Source: a virus (Duplodnaviria > Heunggongvirae > Uroviricota > Caudoviricetes). From it: a stretch of DNA of 64,000 bases. Below the pieces are notes generated by a model that did no database searches, was not told where the DNA came from, and saw only the letters and a list, made by a program, of their open reading frames with translations. The stretch lies in the IMG/VR virus record IMGVR_UViG_3300001242_000012. One strand, given 5' to 3'. Position numbers and translations under genes: made by a program. Below, piece by piece: positions 58,796 to 64,000 of this stretch (position 1 is the first letter of the stretch; every line of letters starts with the position of its first letter).

Positions 58796-61700
58796 ATGGC
58801 TAATTATCCAGATGACCTAGACAATTTTACTAGGAAACAGAATGCTATTCCCGGTATGGAAGATACTACTGGAGATTGGGTAGATGCTGAGCACATAAAT
58901 GATCTCCAGGACGTAGTTATTTCTATAGAACAAACATTAGGCAAGACACCACAAGGAAGCAGCTTGACAGTAAGGGATAGGATAGCTAGTCTTGAAAGCT
59001 CTAAGGCACTGAAAACTCCCTCCGTATGTATATTTCTTGGTAATCCTATCATATTCAATGGAGCTGTTTCAAAGGCACAAGCGGCTAACGAATTCTTATA
59101 CTATGACCATGTAGTATTCGGACCCAACTTGGAGAACTCAGCTAATCCAGATTACAATAATTTTAAAGAGTTGATTGCCTACATTAGAGCGAGCCGCGAT
59201 ATTAAATTATATGGATATATTGATGTAGGCGTTATTACATCTAACTTTAACCTAACTCAAATAGAAACTAAGATATCTGCATGGGATGTTCTTGGTGTTG
59301 ATGGCGTATTCTTATACAACTTTGGATATGATTTTGGAGTGTCAAGAGCTCGTCAAAATGATATTATCAATTTCTTGCATAGTCGTGAACTGTCAGCATT
59401 TGTACAATCTACTCATGCTGTAGATACATTCGGAAGTGCCTACAATGCACAATACAATCCTGACTATACTAATTCACTGATTGATAAAAGAGATATATAT
59501 CTTCATGAAAATATAGCAGTTGATACTACATCAGTGAATGCGTATATCAATTCAATTGAATACGCAAAGAGCTTAATCACATATCGTAATAACTTAGGCA
59601 CCAAGATATTTGGTGTAGCGACTATAGACCATAATCAGACACAAGAAGTGGCTCAGTCATATTTCGATTATGCACAATCAGTAGCTATACTTTGTAGCTA
59701 TGATGCTTTTTATGCTGTGACAGAGGATTACGGTATTAATAGTAATGCACTCAAACTGTATCGTAACTTGTCTTTAGTGGGTAATTACTATGACAAGAAT
59801 CCGCAAATATCCGAAGTTGCTGGTACGTATACTAGAGTTGGAAGCTTCGGCAAAATAACAGTAAACACAGTTAATCATTCTTATACTCTTGAGGGTATAT
59901 CAATACCTGGGGAAAACATTACTGGTACTATTAATTACGCTACAATTGTTGATTCTGTGATAGATGCCATTAACGCTAATCCAGATTCTATAATAGATCC
60001 TGAAAAGATAGCACCACTTTTGGTGAGCAATATTAAGGATATCGTTATCCAAGCTATAAATGATTCATGTAACTCTGGGTTAACGATCAATGATGCTAGA
60101 ATTGGAGACTTGAATGCTAGTCATATAGTTGCTGGCGATATAGCAGCCGGTAGGATTCAGGCTAATATAATACAAGCTATTAATGCATACGTACAAAGTT
60201 TGACTGTTGAGCAGATAAATGCTGGTGTTATTAATGCTAACGCAATCAGTGCAAGCGTAGTTGATGCTATTAACGCGAATATAGGTAGTGCAGTAATAGA
60301 TCAGGCTCATATAGGTGATCTAAATGCTAGTCATATTACAGCTGGAGATATATCAGCTGATAGGATTCAGACTAATGTTGTAGATGCAATTAACGCTAAT
60401 CTCGGTACAGCAACCATAGATGGGGCTGTAATCAGGAATGCGACTATTACTTCCGCACAAATTGCTAGTGCTACCATAACTTCGGCCAATATAGCACTGG
60501 CTACTATTACTTCCGCACAAATAGCAACAGCAGCTATTGGTACTGCCAATATTCAGGATGCTGCAATAATTAATGCCCACATATCAAATGCAGCAATAAA
60601 TACAGCGAACATTGCTAATGGAGCTATAACCAATGCGCAAATAGCAACAGCAACTATAATGACATCCAACATACAAAATGCATCTATAACATCAGCATTA
60701 ATTGCTGATGCTTCAATAACAAATGCTCATGTTGTTAGCTTAGATGCCGGAAAGATTACAACTGGATATTTGGGTGCAGGTAGAATTGAGGCAGGAAGTA
60801 TTACTGCCAATATGTTGGCTGCTGGCACGATAACTGCGGATTCAGCTATTATAGGAATTGCTGCTATTACGTCTGCTAATATTGCTGATGCGGCTATTAC
60901 TAGTGCACACATAGCGGATGCTACAATCACAAATGCTAATATCGCCAATGCTACCATAACAAGTGCTAACATAGCGCTTGCCACTATTACTAGCGCCAAT
61001 ATCGCTAATGCTACCATAACAGCCGCTAATATACAGCTCGCTACAATCACTAATGCTCAAATAGCTGATGCCACAATTACCAATGCAAATATAGCTTTCT
61101 CAACAATCACTTCTGCTAACATAGCCGATGCTACTATCACTAGTGCAAAAATTGCATTAGCAACAATAACTAATGCTAATATAGCAGATGCTACTATCGG
61201 AACAGCACAGATAGCTGATGCGGCCATAACTACTGCTAAAGTAGGCACAGCTCAGATCGATACAGCTAACATTAAGGACGCAGCAATCACCACAGCTAAG
61301 ATTGGTACAGCTCAAATTAGTACTGCTCTCATTGCTGATGCTTCAATAACAAATGCTAAGATAAGTGATCTAAGTGCTGAAAAGATTAATGCTGGATACA
61401 TTAATGCCGACAGAATGAAAGCAGGAGTTATTGATGCAATCAACGCACGATTTGGAGAAGCATATATTGATGGAGCTGTCATAACAAATTTAGATGCAGC
61501 TGTCATTACTGCAGGTTCTATAAGTACAGATATACTTAAGTCCACAGTGATACAAGCTATTAATGCGACAGCAGATACTCTATTTATTAACAGCTCTAAG
61601 ATTACTTCTATCAGTGCTGATAAACTTAATGTAGGTTTTGGTGGGTATAACGTCTTAAAAAATAGTGACTTCTTCTTTAATGATGTAGAGGGATCATGTC

Positions 61701-64000
61701 TTAACTGGACAGCAATTGGGACAGAACCAACTAGACCAAGTACTTATGGGTTCCGTTGGAGCAGAAAATGCTTTTATGTTAATGATGTTACAGCAGTTAC
61801 TAGAGGTTACGAGCAGACAATAAGTAACGATTATGCTGGAAAAACTCTTGCACTAAGCGCCTGGGTAAAATGGAAAAACGTAGTGATGGGAACAACCTCA
61901 TCTAACAAACTATTGGTTGAACTGCATTATCAGTACAATAATGGTGTTAGTGATGTAGACCAGTTTGAAAGGATATCATTAGTCGGAAGTTGCACTGTAG
62001 AGAGTGAATTTGAGCGTGTACAGAAAATCATGTCTCTTACTCCACTAGCTCCTAACTGGACTGTAAATTTTATTAAGGTTAGAGTTTACCTTAATGAATG
62101 TGCTGGAGAATTTTCAGCTACATGCGTCCAATTAGAAGAAGGTGATATAGCTACAGCATGGACTAGAAACCCAGAAGAAATGAATGGTGCTCAGAATAAT
62201 GTACTCATTACTTCTGAGGGGATTATTATCACTGGCGGTAAATTAACAGTAGTGGACCCTACTGGTACTGTGACAATTAATAATGGTAATATAGCAGCAG
62301 AGACGATCACAACTTCTATGATTTCGACAGACGGTCTTAATGCTTCAGTAATAAGTGCTGGCACAATAGATGCTAACTCAGTTAGCATTGCTACGAAAGC
62401 TGGAGGCACTGGGAATAGATTCTTTATTGATACAAATGGATTAAGCGTACAAGATAAAGATACTATAGATGGCACCACTAACATGGTGAGAATTGACAGT
62501 AGTGGACTTTCTATTTCAAGTGATGGTGGAAGTATCTGGACTAACAAGATTACTGGCCTTGGATTATCAGTTACTAGTGCTGAGATAGCTTCATTGGATG
62601 CTGGGAAGATTACTACTGGTACGCTAAGTGTTACAGGATCTATGTCTGTATCAGGTGGAAATGTAGTGTTAAGTAGTTCAGGGGTAACTATTAGTGGAGA
62701 TTCTGGTATCTACGTATCAGGTGCTGGCGGTATTAGGATTAAAGAGGGCACTCTCAAGGTAGATAATAACGAAAATATAACCCAAGTAACTATAGGTCAG
62801 TATACCACAGGCCAGTATGGAATAAAAGCTGGTAGCACCACATTAGATTCAAGTGGTATTACAATAGGGCAAGGTTCTATAGACATAGGTAGTGGTGTAT
62901 TTACAGTAACAAATACAGGTATTCTTACTGCTACAAGTGCAACCATCACAGGTGCAGTCAATGCAACTAGTGGTTATTTCGGCGGTAGTGTTGATGGTAT
63001 TAGTGTTGGATCTACTGGTTTAGATGTAGTTGGAAGCGGAACAATAACTTCAGGTACAGCAGTATTAAGTAGTTCAGGCTTAACAATCACAGGTTCAGGA
63101 GCCAGCATTAATCTTAATTCTGGTAAGTTCATCGTAGCAAGTGATGGCACACTAACAGCTACTGCTGGTACAGTAGGTGGTTGGACTCTAAGTACTGATA
63201 CTCTCACAAGCGATAATGGACTCGTTACTATTAAATCATCATCTACTAGTAATTACATAAGAACTGCCAATGCGCTGATATCTCCAACTAAAGTTGTCCA
63301 GTTAGACAGCACTGGATTAACCATTACAGGTGGAGCCATATCTGTTCAGACAACTGATGGATCAACTGCAATAGATGGTAATGGAATTAACGCTTCAACT
63401 ATTACTACTGGAACACTTACAGTAGGTACTGGGATGTCTGTGTCAGGTGGTAATGTAGTGTTAGGTAGTACAGGGATTACAGTCAGTGGATCATCTGGTA
63501 TTACCGTTACTGGAATAGATGGTATTACAATCAGTACTGGAACACTTAAGGTGCTGAACGGTACTACCCCAGAAGTCATAGTTGGCCAATATACAACTGG
63601 TAACTTTGGAATTAAAGCTGGGAACACTATTCTTAATAGCAGTGGAATAACAATGAATCAGGGTTCAATAAGTATAAACTCAGGTGTATTCGCAGTAACT
63701 TCTGCTGGAGCTTTGACAGCCACTTCTGCTACCGTGACTGGTGCAATCAATGCAACGTCTGGATACTTTGGAAGCTCAACAAACGGAATAACAGTCAACT
63801 CTACTGGCCTTACTGTAAGTGGTACTGGGACTATCGTATCTGGAAAAGTAATTGTTAAGAACGATAGAATAGTTGTGAATAATGCATCAGATATACTCCA
63901 AGTGACACTAGGATATAATGGAACTAGCTACGGTATATTCGCCGGTACTACTAAATTAGATAGTACTGGACTTAACATGACTCAAGGGTCTATTACCCTT
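58796..64000 (+). CDS. Long tail fibre/adhesin, 3'-partial (at least 1735 aa, missing from track)
   Basis: RBS GAGGTGA, ATG58796; I read no in-frame stop to the window end; anchor module, TIM-barrel GH-like domain, ATITSANIA-type repeats, NVLKNSDF CBM-like domain, Gly/Ser/Thr beta repeats. Confidence 0.85.
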   Translation, partial: MANYPDDLDNFTRKQNAIPGMEDTTGDWVDAEHINDLQDVVISIEQTLGKTPQGSSLTVRDRIASLESSKALKTPSVCIFLGNPIIFNGAVSKAQAANEFLYYDHVVFGPNLENSANPDYNNFKELIAYIRASRDIKLYGYIDVGVITSNFNLTQIETKISAWDVLGVDGVFLYNFGYDFGVSRARQNDIINFLHSRELSAFVQSTHAVDTFGSAYNAQYNPDYTNSLIDKRDIYLHENIAVDTTSVNAYINSIEYAKSLITYRNNLGTKIFGVATIDHNQTQEVAQSYFDYAQSVAILCSYDAFYAVTEDYGINSNALKLYRNLSLVGNYYDKNPQISEVAGTYTRVGSFGKITVNTVNHSYTLEGISIPGENITGTINYATIVDSVIDAINANPDSIIDPEKIAPLLVSNIKDIVIQAINDSCNSGLTINDARIGDLNASHIVAGDIAAGRIQANIIQAINAYVQSLTVEQINAGVINANAISASVVDAINANIGSAVIDQAHIGDLNASHITAGDISADRIQTNVVDAINANLGTATIDGAVIRNATITSAQIASATITSANIALATITSAQIATAAIGTANIQDAAIINAHISNAAINTANIANGAITNAQIATATIMTSNIQNASITSALIADASITNAHVVSLDAGKITTGYLGAGRIEAGSITANMLAAGTITADSAIIGIAAITSANIADAAITSAHIADATITNANIANATITSANIALATITSANIANATITAANIQLATITNAQIADATITNANIAFSTITSANIADATITSAKIALATITNANIADATIGTAQIADAAITTAKVGTAQIDTANIKDAAITTAKIGTAQISTALIADASITNAKISDLSAEKINAGYINADRMKAGVIDAINARFGEAYIDGAVITNLDAAVITAGSISTDILKSTVIQAINATADTLFINSSKITSISADKLNVGFGGYNVLKNSDFFFNDVEGSCLNWTAIGTEPTRPSTYGFRWSRKCFYVNDVTAVTRGYEQTISNDYAGKTLALSAWVKWKNVVMGTTSSNKLLVELHYQYNNGVSDVDQFERISLVGSCTVESEFERVQKIMSLTPLAPNWTVNFIKVRVYLNECAGEFSATCVQLEEGDIATAWTRNPEEMNGAQNNVLITSEGIIITGGKLTVVDPTGTVTINNGNIAAETITTSMISTDGLNASVISAGTIDANSVSIATKAGGTGNRFFIDTNGLSVQDKDTIDGTTNMVRIDSSGLSISSDGGSIWTNKITGLGLSVTSAEIASLDAGKITTGTLSVTGSMSVSGGNVVLSSSGVTISGDSGIYVSGAGGIRIKEGTLKVDNNENITQVTIGQYTTGQYGIKAGSTTLDSSGITIGQGSIDIGSGVFTVTNTGILTATSATITGAVNATSGYFGGSVDGISVGSTGLDVVGSGTITSGTAVLSSSGLTITGSGASINLNSGKFIVASDGTLTATAGTVGGWTLSTDTLTSDNGLVTIKSSSTSNYIRTANALISPTKVVQLDSTGLTITGGAISVQTTDGSTAIDGNGINASTITTGTLTVGTGMSVSGGNVVLGSTGITVSGSSGITVTGIDGITISTGTLKVLNGTTPEVIVGQYTTGNFGIKAGNTILNSSGITMNQGSISINSGVFAVTSAGALTATSATVTGAINATSGYFGSSTNGITVNSTGLTVSGTGTIVSGKVIVKNDRIVVNNASDILQVTLGYNGTSYGIFAGTTKLDSTGLNMTQGSITL
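60400..61370 (+). repeat. Penta/decapeptide coding repeats (A-[TA]-I-T-[SN]-A-[NQK]-I-A-[DNL])
   Basis: Dozens of degenerate 15/30-nt units inside the fibre ORF; boundaries approximate. Confidence 0.85.
62609..63844 (+). repeat. Internal duplication of about 148 aa in the fibre (62609-63055 and 63401-63844)
   Basis: Both copies: ITTGTL.V..MSVSGGNVVL..GQYTTG..GIKAG..QGSI.I.SGVF.VT..G.LTATSAT.TGA.NATSGYFG; start of a third copy near 63900. Confidence 0.85.

Noticed and set aside
60400-61370. CRISPR array, or Qnr/MfpA-type DNA-mimic pentapeptide protein
   Set aside because: Repeats are degenerate, codon-phased and spacer-free; the consensus and the fibre context differ from A(D/N)LxX proteins
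60080-63627. Minus-strand ORFs with periodic Ile/Ala/Val
   Set aside because: Antisense shadows of the repetitive + strand fibre ORF; no RBS support
58796-64000. Diversity-generating retroelement target
   Set aside because: No reverse transcriptase in the window; repeat differences are not adenine-specific; the C-terminus lies outside the window
1-64000. Stop-codon recoding; tRNA, rRNA or CRISPR loci
   Set aside because: Giant ORFs are open in code 11, TAG, TAA and TGA all end genes, and the short intergenic gaps show no such RNA features

Overview
The window is the virion morphogenesis region of a large contractile-tailed dsDNA phage. It is AT-rich, uses the standard code, has genes almost all on the + strand and strong AGGAGG ribosome-binding sites, so the host is probably a Bacillota member. 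Gene order: three Gly/Ala-rich ORFs, an ATPase-only terminase paralog, TerL, portal with a MuF-like C-terminus, protease/scaffold, a putative capsid accessory protein, major capsid protein, neck proteins, two sheaths, three tube paralogs, two paralogous tail chaperones, a 1991-aa tape-measure-like protein, a 2452-aa protein, a 1977-aa nuclease/transglycosylase hub, an M15 peptidase, baseplate genes, tail fibres, a radical SAM/SPASM enzyme, and a >1735-aa fibre (58796 to the window end) that the ORF track omits. Main result: the 2452-aa ORF (27728..35086) reads as a single-chain two-barrel RNA polymerase. Its beta-like and beta-prime-like motifs occur in canonical order (K1390/K1398, R1886-x-P, D1927-x-D-G-D1931, trigger-loop-like GE..TQ...H). 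It is fused to an apparently intact N-terminal DEDDh 3'-5' exonuclease, carries a C-terminal hydrophobic segment, and is encoded between the tape measure and the baseplate hub. Second candidate system: a radical SAM/SPASM enzyme directly downstream of a tail protein ending in a Cys/His cluster, suggesting RiPP-like modification of a virion protein. All assignments come from reading motifs by eye; no database searches were run.
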